Source: Candidatus Latescibacterota bacterium (lineage in GTDB: Bacteria; Latescibacterota; UBA2968; UBA8231). From it: DNA of 64,000 bases. The notes beneath the pieces are model-generated. The model was not told where the DNA came from. It worked only from the letters and a program-made list of their open reading frames with translations, and made no database searches. The translations under genes and the position numbers were made by a program. How positions within the stretch are numbered: the stretch's first letter is position 1; each line of letters begins with the position of its first letter. This document shows, piece by piece, positions 19,645 to 29,763 of this stretch. The stretch spans positions 544,001 through 608,000 of the forward strand of contig OZ242318.1 in the NCBI GenBank assembly GCA_965208105.1. Direction: 5' to 3'.

Positions 19645-21940
19645 TTGAATCTTCCCTCGTCCATCATTAAAACCTCGGCTGTGTTGGCGCTGCTGACCCC
19701 TGTCCTGGCGCGGGCCACTCCCGAGGTCGAGGCCCGGCGCACCCTCGCGCCTCCCGGCATCGACGGCCGCCTCGACGATGCCGTCTGGCTTCAGGCCCCG
19801 CCCATGTCCTCCTTTTTTCAGCGCGAGCCGCTGGAAGGGGCCCCTCCCAGCGAGCGGACCCAGGTCCGCATCCTCTTCGACGACGACCATCTATACCTCG
19901 GCCTGCGCTGCTTCGACAGCCAGCCCCTCCGCCTGGTGGCCAACCACATGCGGCGCGACGCCGACCTTGAGGAGAACGACAACATCCAGATAATCCTCGA
20001 TCCCTTCAACGACCGCCGCGGCGGATTTTTCTTCAGCATCAATCCCCTGGGAGCGCGCCAGGACCTGCTGCTCACCGACGAGGGCCGAACCCGCAACCTG
20101 GCCTGGGACGGGGTCTGGCAGGGCAGCACCTCCATCGACAGCCTGGGCTGGAGCGCCGAAGTGGCCATCCCTTTCGACCAGCTGCGCTACCCTGACACGG
20201 AAGAGGGGGTTTGGGGCATCAACATCGGCCGCGCCATCCGCCGCAAAAACGAGGAGGTCTTCATCGCCCCTCCACCCCAGTCCTTCGGTTTCAGGGGACG
20301 CTACCGGACCTCGCGCCTCGCCGCCCTGAAGGGACTGGGCAAGCTTCGGAGCCGCCCGCCCCTGGTTCTGGTCCCCTACCTGCTGAGCGCCACGCGGAGG
20401 GACATCAGCGCCGGCAACTCCGCCGAGAACAACCTGGACCCGGGGCTGGACATCAAGTACGGTCTCTCCCCCTCCCTGACTCTGGACCTGTCCTACAAGA
20501 CCGACTTCGCCCAGGTGGAAGCCGACCAGGAGCAGGTCAACCTTACCCGGTTCAGCCTCTTCTTTCCCGAAAAGAGGGATTTCTTCCTCGAAGGATCGGG
20601 AATTTTCGAATTCGGCGAGCGGGTCGAGAGGCAGGGCCGCGGAGGCCGGCCGCCAACCATTCTTTTTTACAGCCGCCGCATCGGCATCGAGGAGGGACAT
20701 ATTCTGCCGGTGGTGGCAGGAGGCAAGTTTACCGGCCGTGCGGGACCCTACCAGGTGGGCACCCTGCGCATGACCACCCGGGCCATGACCTTCGTGGAGG
20801 AAGCCGAGGAGGACCGCTTCGTCACCGCGGAAGGCGAACTGCTCGACGCCGCGCAGGTGGAGTCGAGCGAGGACAGCATCGTCGATACCTTGCAGTTTGA
20901 TGTCCCCGACACCCTGCAGGTCGCCCGGACCGACTTCACCGTTCTGCGCCTCAAGCGCGACTTCCTGGGCAGCTCGAACCTCGGCTTCATCGCCGTCGAC
21001 AAGCAGCCCGGGTCCGCGGCCGCCTACAACCGCACCGCCGGCGTGGACTTCAACCTGTCCCTGATGCAGGCCTCCTTCAACCTGCGCGGCTATGCCGCCA
21101 GGACATGGGATCCCGATTTGGATGGCCGCGACGGATCCGGGTTGGTGGAGCTGGACTACCGCCGAGGCCGGTTCGAGACCCGCCTGGGCTACCTGGACGT
21201 AGAAGAAAACTTCTCGCCCGAGGTCGGATTCGTTCCTCGCAGCGGCATACGCCGCTTCAAGGGAAGCTGGCGCTACCGGCCGCGGCCGGCCACCGAGTGG
21301 ATCCGCCTGGTCTCCATGGGACCCCGCATCACCCACCTGAACCGACCAGGACAACTCCCTGCAGAGCCGCGACATGGAACTCTCCGCCTTCGTCAACCTG
21401 GAATCAGGCGACTGGTTCGGAGGCCGGGTGAAGCGGCGCTACGAGCACCTCGACGAGCCCTTCTCCATCCACGACGGCCACGACATTCCCCCGGGCTCCT
21501 ACGAATTCGACACCTACCAGATCAACCTCATCGCCGATCGGAGCCGACGTCTCGCAGGCCGGACTGTCTGTGCCTACGGCGGCTTCTTCAACGGCACGCG
21601 CCTTCGCCTGTCCCTCGAGTCGGTCTGGCGCCCTCTCGCCCGCCTGGGCCTGGAGAGCAGATACGAATTCAACCACATCAGCCTGCCCGACGGCGCCTTC
21701 GACACCCACCTGCTGGGACAGCGGTTCCATTTCTCCTTCTCGCCCGAGATGTTTCTGCGCGGGTTCCTGCAGTGGAACAGCGCCCTGGAGCTGCGGGGGG
21801 GAAACTTCCTCTTCAACTACCGATACCGGCCCGGCAGCGACCTGTTCCTGGTATACAACGAGGTCTGGCACACGGAGGGTGGGCTGCACCAGGCAATCCG
21901 CTCGCTGCAACTGAAGCTATCCTACTATTGGCAGCGCTGA
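19645..21940 (+). pseudogene. DUF5916 / CBM9-like-domain outer-membrane protein with an internal frameshift near 21340
   Basis: IDGRLDDAVW, WSAEVAIPFDQLRY, TDFAQVEAD, FFPEKRDFFLEG, FYSRRIG. The family C-terminus (FNYRYRPGSDLFLVYN...LKLSYYW) continues in another frame (ORF 21374-21940). Confidence 0.8.
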
Positions 21941-22010
21941 GGCCGGCAATTGAATCCGGGGTTTCGTATATTTCGACAAATGACGACGGGACCGGAGAAA
22001 GGCAGCAGGT

Positions 22011-23351
22011 ATGATCGACTGGGATGAAGTAAAGGACGAGGTCACCGGCTATCTCCAGGACCTCTTGCGCATCGACACCACCAATCCCCCTGGGAACGAA
22101 ACGGCGGCCGCAGAGTACATCGACGGGGTCCTGAGGCGCGAGGGATTTCAGCCCATGATCACCGAATCGGCCCCGGGCCGGGGCAACGTCACTGCCCGCC
22201 TGGATACCGGTGGCGGGGAACCGCCCCTGCTTTTGCTCGGCCACACCGACGTGGTCGCCGCCGAGCCCGACAAGTGGTCCCGCGATCCCTTCGGTGGCGA
22301 TCTTCACGACGGGTGTATCTGGGGGCGAGGCGCCCTCGACATGAAGAACATGGTGGCCGTCGAGCTGATGGTGATGCTGCTGTTGAAGCGGCAAGCGGTT
22401 GCCCTGAGGCGCCCCCTGCTGTTCGCCGCCACCGCCGACGAAGAGGGCGGCAGAGGCGACCACGGACCCGGATGGCTTCTCGACCATCATCCCGGACAGA
22501 TCGATGCCCCGGTGGTGCTTACCGAAGGCGGAGGGCATGACCTCCAGGTCGGCGGCCGGCGCTACTACACCTGCTGCGTCGGCCAGAAGGGAATCTGCCG
22601 CCTGCGCGTCACCGCCCGGGGGCAGCCAGGACACGGTTCCCGTCCTCACTCTGACAACGCCGTGGTCAAGCTGTGCGCCGCCCTGGGCAGACTCGACGGC
22701 GGCGGCCTTCCTCTGCACCCGTCCAGAACCCTGAGGGCCTATCTCGACGCCATCGCCGCGGGCCAGCCCCGGGAGATTGCCGCCGAACTCAAAGCCGTCC
22801 TCGACCCCGCCAGGTCCGAAAGCGCCCTGGCCGCCCTGCCCCTCGCCGAGGACTTCAAGTCCGAGCTGCGCGCCCTGCTGCGCAACACCGCCTCGGCGAA
22901 CATGCTCAGCGCAGGCACCAAGATCAACGTCATTCCGTCCGAAGCGAAAGCGGCCATCGACGGGAGGCTCGCCCCCGGACAGACCCGGGAGTCGTTCATC
23001 GCCGAACTGGCGGCGCAGCTCGGCGACGAGCTGGAGATCGAGGTGGAGCAGTACAGCCCGCCGCTGGAGGCGGACCCGGAGGGGGAATTCTACGGCGTCA
23101 TCCAGAAGGTGATGGCGCGCCACGATCCCGGGGTTTCGGTGGTGCCTTCGCTGATGACGGGTGGGACCGACGCCAAGCACATCTGGCCGCGGCGGCCCGG
23201 GACGCAAATTTACGGGTTCATGCCCTACCGCCAACTGCCGGGCCTGGAGGAGATGAAGCTGATCCACGGGCACGACGAGCGCAGCTCGGTGGACAACCTG
23301 CTCTTTGCCACCCGGGTGATTTACGACATCGTCCTCGCCTACGCCGCCTGA
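22011..23351 (+). CDS. M20/M25/M40 family metallopeptidase/acylase
   Basis: DTTNPPGNE, LLGHTDVV, IWGRGALDMK, ADEEGG, GHGS, GGTDAK, IHGHDER. Confidence 0.92.
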   Translation: MIDWDEVKDEVTGYLQDLLRIDTTNPPGNETAAAEYIDGVLRREGFQPMITESAPGRGNVTARLDTGGGEPPLLLLGHTDVVAAEPDKWSRDPFGGDLHDGCIWGRGALDMKNMVAVELMVMLLLKRQAVALRRPLLFAATADEEGGRGDHGPGWLLDHHPGQIDAPVVLTEGGGHDLQVGGRRYYTCCVGQKGICRLRVTARGQPGHGSRPHSDNAVVKLCAALGRLDGGGLPLHPSRTLRAYLDAIAAGQPREIAAELKAVLDPARSESALAALPLAEDFKSELRALLRNTASANMLSAGTKINVIPSEAKAAIDGRLAPGQTRESFIAELAAQLGDELEIEVEQYSPPLEADPEGEFYGVIQKVMARHDPGVSVVPSLMTGGTDAKHIWPRRPGTQIYGFMPYRQLPGLEEMKLIHGHDERSSVDNLLFATRVIYDIVLAYAA

Positions 23352-23476
23352 GGGCGGCATCAGGTACAAACTGGATTCGCCATTGCCTCCACCAGGGAGG
23401 ATATCTCCTTGAACCCGTCCAACCCTTGACAAGCGGTTTAGAAATGCCCCTTGTTCTTCATCAACCTGGAGGGGAT

Positions 23477-23845
23477 ATGGCCATGGAGCAAGTAAAGCAA
23501 CAATTGCAGAAGTGCATCGACAAGTTCCGCAGCGGAGAACTGGCCGAAGAAGACCTGCGCCAGGCACTGGAAAGCGTCGAAGTCCGGACCGGGACCGCAA
23601 CGCCCCAGTTGCTCTATCTCCAGGCTGCCACAACCGCGGTCACCTCCCCTCTTCTGGGCATGTCCCGGTTCGACGCCGACGGCCAGCACGACAGCGTCGA
23701 CGAGAGTGGAGAGTGGGTCTACGAGAACGTCTACGAAGCCATGCAGGACGGATGGCGCATCGTCAAGTTTCCGGAGATGACCCTCATGATGGCGGGAGAG
23801 GAAGAGGCCTACGGGCTCGGCTGTGAATTCATCCTGGAAAAATGA
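23477..23845 (+). CDS. Hypothetical protein (122 aa)
   Basis: GGAGG RBS, typical codon usage, ends YEAMQDGWRIVKFP...GLGCEFILEK. Its stop abuts the next gene. Confidence 0.7.
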   Translation: MAMEQVKQQLQKCIDKFRSGELAEEDLRQALESVEVRTGTATPQLLYLQAATTAVTSPLLGMSRFDADGQHDSVDESGEWVYENVYEAMQDGWRIVKFPEMTLMMAGEEEAYGLGCEFILEK

Positions 23846-23865
23846 ACCCTCGGAAAGGAGCGGTC

Positions 23866-24705
23866 ATGCTGGGAGAAAAATACGACTGCGAAGCGACCCT
23901 GACTGACGAGGGGGTGATTGAGTTCTGCAAAAACGGCTTCATGATGCTCGAAGCCGTGGTGCCGAGCGAGGTCAACCTCCGCGTCACCGAATTCCTCGAC
24001 AGCCATCCCCAGATGCAGCCCAACGAAATCCTCCAGGAGATGTGGTTCGTCGACGCCGTCATCAAGAACCCGCAGGCGGCCGGAGCGGTGCGCTCGCTTC
24101 TTGGCAAAGACTTCAGGCTGCCCAGGATGATGAGCAACCACCGGGTCCAGTGCCCTCGCACCTTGACGGGAGACTGGCACCGCGACGGCGGCGCGGTCGA
24201 CTCCAACCGGCTCGACAGCCTGCAGGTGTTCTACTATCCGCAGGATACCCCCGCCGAGCTGGGTCCCACCGAGGTCCTTCCCAGCTCCCACCTGCTGCGG
24301 GTCAAGCGCCGCTACATGACCCAGTACGGCAGCATCCGCCAGGCGCTGCGCACGGTGGCCCCCGCGGGCTCCATCTTCATCACCCACTACTCCATCTGGC
24401 ACCGCGCCATCACCTCCACCGCCAGCGGAATCCGCAACATGCTCAAGTACAACTACCGGCGAACGGCCCCGCCCCGGCGCGACTGGGCCGCCGATCCCAG
24501 CTGCGACTTGACCGAGATGCAGTTCGGCACCGGCCGCAACATGCCCGAGAAATGGCACGACTCGGTCCGCGTCGTGCGGCTCTTCCTCTGGCTCTGCGGC
24601 GGGAAGGAGTTCGACTTCCGAGGTGGGCAGTCCTGGCCCATCACCGCCGGGTCCGGAAACCACATTGACGAGGGCATGCCGCAGGAGCTGAGGCTCAGGG
24701 GCTGA
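23866..24705 (+). CDS. PhyH family Fe(II)/2OG oxygenase
   Basis: WHRDGG, FYYPQDTP, GPTEVLPSSH, AGSIFITHYSIWHRA, RNMLKYNY. Alternative start at 23842. Confidence 0.85.
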   Translation: MLGEKYDCEATLTDEGVIEFCKNGFMMLEAVVPSEVNLRVTEFLDSHPQMQPNEILQEMWFVDAVIKNPQAAGAVRSLLGKDFRLPRMMSNHRVQCPRTLTGDWHRDGGAVDSNRLDSLQVFYYPQDTPAELGPTEVLPSSHLLRVKRRYMTQYGSIRQALRTVAPAGSIFITHYSIWHRAITSTASGIRNMLKYNYRRTAPPRRDWAADPSCDLTEMQFGTGRNMPEKWHDSVRVVRLFLWLCGGKEFDFRGGQSWPITAGSGNHIDEGMPQELRLRG

Positions 24706-24750
24706 TCAAGCACTGCGGAAAGGCGATAGAATCCTCCGGAAACCGCACGC

Positions 24751-25563
24751 ATGGAACTCAGTACGGTCCAGATCGCCGAATTCGAAGAACGCGGGGTCCT
24801 GCTGTTTCCCGGCTTGCTGGACGCCGAAGAGGCAGGTTTGCTGCAGCAGGCGGTTCCGGAGTTGCTGCAGCGCCCCGGTCCCGAAGCGGTGCGGGAAAAG
24901 AAAGACGCCGCCAACGCCAGACTCGTCTTCGGCGTGCACAAGTTCTCGGAGCCGTTCCGCAGGCTGGTGCACCTGCCCCGGATTCTGAATCCGGTGCGGC
25001 AGCTTCTGGCCGAAGAGGTCTACCTGCATCAGAGCCGCCTGAATCCCAAGCCAGGTTTCGGAGGCGGCGGAGGCTGGGACTGGCACCAGGACTATCCCCC
25101 GTGGAACACCATCGACGGCATCCCCGAACCGCGAATGATCATGGCATCGGTGTTCGTCGACGACTGTACGCCGGTCACCTCTCCGCTGCTGGTGATCCCC
25201 GGGTCTCAGCACCACGGTCTTCTCGAAGCCGAGCTCCACGAGGACGCCAGGGGCCGGGGCTATGACCTGCACACCATTGACAGGGAAGTGCTGGAGAAGA
25301 TTGCCGCCGAACACGGGATCGAGGCCCTCATTGGTCCCGCCGGTTCGGTGGCATTCGTCCACGTCAACGTGTTGCACGGATCCGCCAACAACGTCTCTCC
25401 CTGGCGGCGGGCGATTACCTACCTGATCTACAACGCGGTCTCCAATCCCTGCGGCAAAACCAGGCGCGCGTGGTTCCAGTGCAGCCAGGACTTCTCTCCC
25501 CTGGCGCCGGGCGCTGACGGCAGCCTGAAAACATTGGCCGATCACCCTCGAGACCGAAATTAA
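24751..25563 (+). CDS. PhyH family oxygenase, EctD/proline-hydroxylase-like
   Basis: VYLHQSRLNPKPGF, WHQDY, PLLVIPGSQH, HGSANNVSPWRR, YNAVSN. Confidence 0.85.
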   Translation: MELSTVQIAEFEERGVLLFPGLLDAEEAGLLQQAVPELLQRPGPEAVREKKDAANARLVFGVHKFSEPFRRLVHLPRILNPVRQLLAEEVYLHQSRLNPKPGFGGGGGWDWHQDYPPWNTIDGIPEPRMIMASVFVDDCTPVTSPLLVIPGSQHHGLLEAELHEDARGRGYDLHTIDREVLEKIAAEHGIEALIGPAGSVAFVHVNVLHGSANNVSPWRRAITYLIYNAVSNPCGKTRRAWFQCSQDFSPLAPGADGSLKTLADHPRDRN

Positions 25564-25582
25564 CCCGGAAACCTTCCCCTGA

Positions 25583-25705
25583 GTCCTGTGCCGGAAGGAG
25601 GCGGAGGGTGCCTACCTGGACCTAGGCCAGTCCTGGCCCATCACCCACCTGCAGACCAACTACATTGCCGGTGGCATAGGCGCGGGGTCGGAGCACCAGG
25701 GTTGA
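25583..25705 (+). pseudogene. C-terminal remnant of a PhyH paralog
   Basis: Translates VLCRKEAEGAYLDLGQSWPITHLQTNYIAGG...*, resembling WLCGGKEFDFRGGQSWPITAGSGNHIDEG of the 23866-24705 protein. Shares CAGTCCTGGCCCATCACC exactly. No start codon. Confidence 0.5.
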
Positions 25706-25864
25706 GATGCCTGCGCCCGCTCCTACCGGGCTGCGGCCGGCCCTGGCGTTCGAATACGGCGTTGCGCTCCCTCCCCGAATCCCCTCGATTCGCCTCGGCC
25801 GCACGTCTTGCCTCCGGCCGCCATGCCTCGGCCTCGCCTGCAGAGCAACTATATCAACGGGCTT

Positions 25865-26872
25865 CTAGGCGCAAAGTGGATGGGCCATCTCCGGGCGGCG
25901 GAAGGGAACCTCGGTCTGGCCTCCCTGGTTGACCGTCGCCATGTGCGCCCGGGTATGGAGCCAGAGCCGCCGCCACTCGGACGGGTCGAGCAGTTCGCTG
26001 GCAGGTTCGCGGCGGCTGCGGGCGACGAACCCGGGGAAGCCGGTGCGCCCCGTGGGCTGGTCGGTGGGATTGTAGCGCAGGTCGAAGCTCCATCGCACCT
26101 CGTCGCTGAGGTTGGGATAGGAGCCGTGGATGGTCTGCTTGTGCATGAAGATCGCGTCGCCGCGCTGCACCGGCAAAGGGATGGCGCTCCCGGCGTCGAA
26201 GAGTTTTTCGGGGACCTGGGTGCCGCCGGCGAACTCGGGCCTGTTCCCCATGTAGCCGGGACAATGGGGCAAAAGTCCTTTTTTGTGCGAGCCCGGCACT
26301 ACCATCAGTGGACCCTTGTCGATGGGGGTGTCCTGGAGGGAGAACCACACGGTCAGCATGCGGGTGGCGTCGGCTTCCTCGGTGACGACGCCGTGGTCCT
26401 GGTGCCAGTGAGTGGCGCCGAGGACGGGGTTGCCATACTGGTTTTTGGGCAGAAGGCGCTCGGGAGGCTTGATGCGCACGTGCTGCACCGGGTTGGAGTA
26501 GATTTCCGGTCCGATGAGGGACTCCACCGCGTCCAGCAGGCCAGGATCGGTGAGGGCGCGGAAGACTGCCGGCCCAGTCCAGAACGGGGTGTCCGTCCGC
26601 ACGTCCTGAAAGGGCAGGGAGAAGTCGAAGTACTGGCTGTGGATCTGGCCGGTCTCCATGCAGATGCGGATGTAGCGGTCGCCGAATTCCAGCTCTGCGT
26701 AGGGCGAGGCGATCTCGCCCCGGGAATAGAGCTCGCCGGCCAGGCGGTCGAGGACGGTGGCATACTCGGCGATGACCGGATCGAGGGTTCCGACCGGGTC
26801 GACGACGTCCTTTACCACTACGTAACCTTCCCCGTCGAAGTGGTCCAGTTGGCCGGGGCTGAGGGTAGGCAT
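25865..26872 (-). CDS. PhyH family Fe(II)/2OG oxygenase
   Basis: NPVQHVRIKPPE, WHQDHG, LMVVPGSHK, HGSYPNLSDEVRWSFDLRY. Confidence 0.9.
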   Translation of the reverse strand: MPTLSPGQLDHFDGEGYVVVKDVVDPVGTLDPVIAEYATVLDRLAGELYSRGEIASPYAELEFGDRYIRICMETGQIHSQYFDFSLPFQDVRTDTPFWTGPAVFRALTDPGLLDAVESLIGPEIYSNPVQHVRIKPPERLLPKNQYGNPVLGATHWHQDHGVVTEEADATRMLTVWFSLQDTPIDKGPLMVVPGSHKKGLLPHCPGYMGNRPEFAGGTQVPEKLFDAGSAIPLPVQRGDAIFMHKQTIHGSYPNLSDEVRWSFDLRYNPTDQPTGRTGFPGFVARSRREPASELLDPSEWRRLWLHTRAHMATVNQGGQTEVPFRRPEMAHPLCA

Positions 26873-27059
26873 GGCATTTCCTCCTGTGGTCAGGGGAGGA
26901 TAACGGTGGTATTGGGTGGTACGGCGGGAGCCGGGGATGGTCGCCGAAGGCCAGGGAAGAGGAGGAAGGCGGGGGACACCATCAGGCGGTCCTGTTTACT
27001 GAATAAATTCGGCATGTTTTCACGATCTGACAAGTGGAATGACAAGGGGACGGCACCAA

Positions 27060-27094
27060 GGCAGCCCGTTGAAAAAGTCCATCCGGGACACTAG
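27060..27094. repeat. Short repeat, copy of the 52448-52474 element fused to a MITE end (GGGACACTAG)
   Basis: GGCAGCCCGTTGAAAAAGTCCATCCGGG is the reverse complement of 52448-52474 (one extra A). It is followed by ACACTAG, which overlaps the stop of the 27091 gene. Confidence 0.7.
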
Positions 27095-28203
27095 TCGACC
27101 GCGAAGGAATGAATGGTCGCAGCTTCCATGGCATCCCAGTCGACCTCGAGGCCCAGACCGGGGCCTCGAGGCGCGTAGACGTATCCATCGGGTTGGGGGC
27201 GAATCACGTCCTTCATCCCGTACTCATAGGGCTCGAAGGGCACCGGCTGCTCGAAGTAGGAACAGTTGTGGTGGGCGAGCATGAGGTGGAGATTGGCCGC
27301 CGACGCCAGGCTGTATCCCCATGACATGATCTCGCACTTCATGCCGGCGGCCTCGGTGAGGGCGATGGCTTTGTCGGTCTGGGTTATTCCCCCCATTACG
27401 GCGGCGTCGGTCCGCGCTCTTCCCCACGCCCCGGTGCGGACGGCCGAGGCGAAGGAATGGAGGTCCTGAAACCAGTTGCCCGAGGGCAGAATGGGAATGT
27501 CGACCCGGCTGGTCAGCTCCCGGTAACCTTCCAGGTCGGAATCGTGCAGGGGGGCCTCGAACCAGGTGAATCCCATGGCTTCGAGCTCGCGGGCGACGCG
27601 AAGAGCTCCCTCGCGGTCGTAGTTGTTCTCGGCGTCGAGCATGAAGGCCACTTCGTTGCCGGGGTGGTTCTTGCGGACGGCGCGGGCGAGCTCCAGGTCC
27701 AGCTCGGGAATGCACCAGGTATGGAACTTGATCGCCCGGAAGCCCTGGGCGATGAATTTTCCGGCCTCTTCGAGGTAGGAATCCACGTCCTCGAAGAGCG
27801 GGGTGCTGGCGTAGGCCGGTATTCGATCCCGCACACCCCCCAGCATCCGGTAGAGGGGCAGTCCCGCCTCCCTGGCGGCCAGATCCCACAGAGCGATGTC
27901 GACGGCGGCGAGGGACTGGGGCGGCAGCGGAAATACCCGGGGCCTCATCTGGTGCCAGATGGACTCCCGCGAGAGAGGATCCTGTCCCAGCAGGATGGGG
28001 GCCAGGTGGCGGATGGCTTCGGCGGTGTAGCGCTCGAAGTCGAAGGAGGTGGCGTTCCAGACCCCGGAGACCCCCTCCACCCCCTCGTCGGTGCCGATCC
28101 TCACCACCGTGTTGGTTGAGTACTGGTCGGGCAGATCCTCAGACCAGGTGAAGCGGTCCAGCGGCGGGGCCACGGCCCTCACTTCGACCCTGGTGATTTT
28201 CAT
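27091..28203 (-). CDS. Mandelate racemase/muconate lactonizing enzyme (enolase superfamily)
   Basis: AAVDIALWDLAAREAGLPLYRMLGG, GFRAIKFH, MLDAENNY, WFEAPL, GPGLGLEVD. Confidence 0.9.
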   Translation of the reverse strand: MKITRVEVRAVAPPLDRFTWSEDLPDQYSTNTVVRIGTDEGVEGVSGVWNATSFDFERYTAEAIRHLAPILLGQDPLSRESIWHQMRPRVFPLPPQSLAAVDIALWDLAAREAGLPLYRMLGGVRDRIPAYASTPLFEDVDSYLEEAGKFIAQGFRAIKFHTWCIPELDLELARAVRKNHPGNEVAFMLDAENNYDREGALRVARELEAMGFTWFEAPLHDSDLEGYRELTSRVDIPILPSGNWFQDLHSFASAVRTGAWGRARTDAAVMGGITQTDKAIALTEAAGMKCEIMSWGYSLASAANLHLMLAHHNCSYFEQPVPFEPYEYGMKDVIRPQPDGYVYAPRGPGLGLEVDWDAMEAATIHSFAVD

Positions 28204-28276
28204 GGCAAATCCTACTCTCCTGGAAGGCTTCTGTCCGGGGCCAATGGCCCTGTAGCGTTTTGAACGGAGTGCCCTT

Positions 28277-28296
28277 TTGTTATACTACCATACCAA
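28277..28296. promoter_or_regulatory. Imperfect palindrome, candidate GntR/FadR-type operator between divergent genes
   Basis: TTGTTATACTACCATACCAA against its reverse complement TTGGTATGGTAGTATAACAA, in an AT-rich intergenic patch. Confidence 0.35.
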
Positions 28297-28353
28297 ACGC
28301 GATAAAATGCGGATCCACAACGGACGAAGCAAGCACCCCTGCAGGAGACGGCG

Positions 28354-29202
28354 ATGATCAATTTTCCTCGTTCCACCTTTACCTGGGAAGCCCACCCCTT
28401 CAAGCCGCACCCTCATTACAGATGGCCGGGAGGATTCGTCGGCGAGCCAGGCCAAATCTACCACGTGCGCTTCATCCTGGAAGCCCGCTGCGCCTTGCGC
28501 GACGGCGGCGGGGCCGAGCTTGCCGAGCTATTTCTGGGCGCAGCCTGCCGTAGCGAATACACCATCGCCAGCGAAAATCTGTTCCAGATCCCCAGCGGCG
28601 AGTGGCGCATGGCCTTCAGCCGCTCCTCCTCCCCGGCCATCGCCGAGCGCCCGAGCACCGAGACCGAGCCGGTGAGAGCGCGCCCACTCGCCGAGGCCTA
28701 CGGCGATTTCTCCATCGACGTGCGCTCCCATCCGGCATGGGAGGCACTGGAGGATGGAGAGGCCATCGCCGCCTCGACCTTTGCAGGGGATGCTCAAAAC
28801 GCCCGCTCCGTGTACCGTGACGAGGCGACCGGCATCGAAGTGGAACTCGAATACCCCATCAAAGTCATGAACCTCCATCGCCCCGGCGGCCAGTACCAGG
28901 TCTGTACCGGACCGCTGCTTCTTCCCGACCTGGCGACCTGGGACGGGAAAGACCTGCACCGGGTCTTCGTCGCCCACGCCGCCTTCTCGGGCAGCGACCG
29001 GGTGGAGTTCATTCTGCGGCGCCCGGTGCGTGCGTCCCCCGAGGAGCGCGCCTGGCTCGACCTGCCCCGGGGCCGAGACCGGCTGGAGCTGCACGACCCT
29101 TCCAACCCGCCCTCCGGCTACCCGCCCCCGCGGCATCAACCCCTGATCTACAACGAGACCTGGGATCTGGCCGCGCACAACGTGGTTCTGCGGGCGGATT
29201 GA
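28354..29202 (+). CDS. Hypothetical protein (282 aa)
   Basis: AGGAG RBS, typical codon usage, motifs CRSEYT, EYPIKVMN, YQVCTGP. Confidence 0.7.
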   Translation: MINFPRSTFTWEAHPFKPHPHYRWPGGFVGEPGQIYHVRFILEARCALRDGGGAELAELFLGAACRSEYTIASENLFQIPSGEWRMAFSRSSSPAIAERPSTETEPVRARPLAEAYGDFSIDVRSHPAWEALEDGEAIAASTFAGDAQNARSVYRDEATGIEVELEYPIKVMNLHRPGGQYQVCTGPLLLPDLATWDGKDLHRVFVAHAAFSGSDRVEFILRRPVRASPEERAWLDLPRGRDRLELHDPSNPPSGYPPPRHQPLIYNETWDLAAHNVVLRAD

Positions 29203-29412
29203 GCCCGGAGACGGTGGAGATGCAGGCCAGGTGTGCCCTCCGAACCCCCCATTGTTCTGCGGGCAGGAGTGATCGTGGACCCTTTTGCAAAGAGGCCAGG
29301 GGCACGCAAGAGTGAAGATCGCCCGGCAGGGTCCGGGAAGCGGTGGACATCCCGGCGGAATAGCTGCTGTATCAAGCAGCGGCCTTACGACAATGTTTAA
29401 AGGAGAAGAGCA

Positions 29413-29763
29413 ATGGCCAAGAAGTTGGAATGGCGCTACCACCGCCCAGGCTGAACCAGCTGCAAGCACGCACAAGAGTTCCTTGTGCTCAAAGGCATTG
29501 GCGACGGAGTGGTGCAGAATGCGGCGAAAGACCCGATCGAGGGTTCTGAGACCCTCGCCCTGCTGGAGGACGCCACCGAGCTGTTGGTCGCCAGGGGCAA
29601 GCGGGTCCTGCGCTTCGACCTGGGTAACCGGCGTCCCCCGGACGAGGAGCTGCTCGGGCTTCTGTTGGGACGCTCGGGCAAGCTGCGGGCTCCGGCGCTG
29701 CGCTACCGCACCCGCCTGATCGTGGGCTACAACCAGGAACTGCTGGCGCAGGGGCTGGGATAG
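29413..29763 (+). CDS. ArsC/Spx-family thioredoxin-fold selenoprotein (UxxC), 116 aa
   Basis: AGGAG RBS then ATG at 29413. Translates MAKKLEWRYHRPG-TGA(29452-54)-TSCKHAQEFL...LLGRSGKLRAPALRYRTRLIVGYN. The TGA is at the first Cys position of the CxxC motif, with a hairpin 3' of it. Confidence 0.85.
29470..29488 (+). promoter_or_regulatory. Putative bacterial SECIS hairpin
   Basis: GCACAAG-AGTTC-CTTGTGC, a 7-bp perfect stem with a G-containing loop, starting 16 nt after the UGA. Confidence 0.6.

Noticed and set aside
24751-25563. Annotation as ectoine hydroxylase ectD
   Set aside because: Has WDWHQDY rather than the EctD FxWHSDFETWH signature, and no ect genes are nearby.
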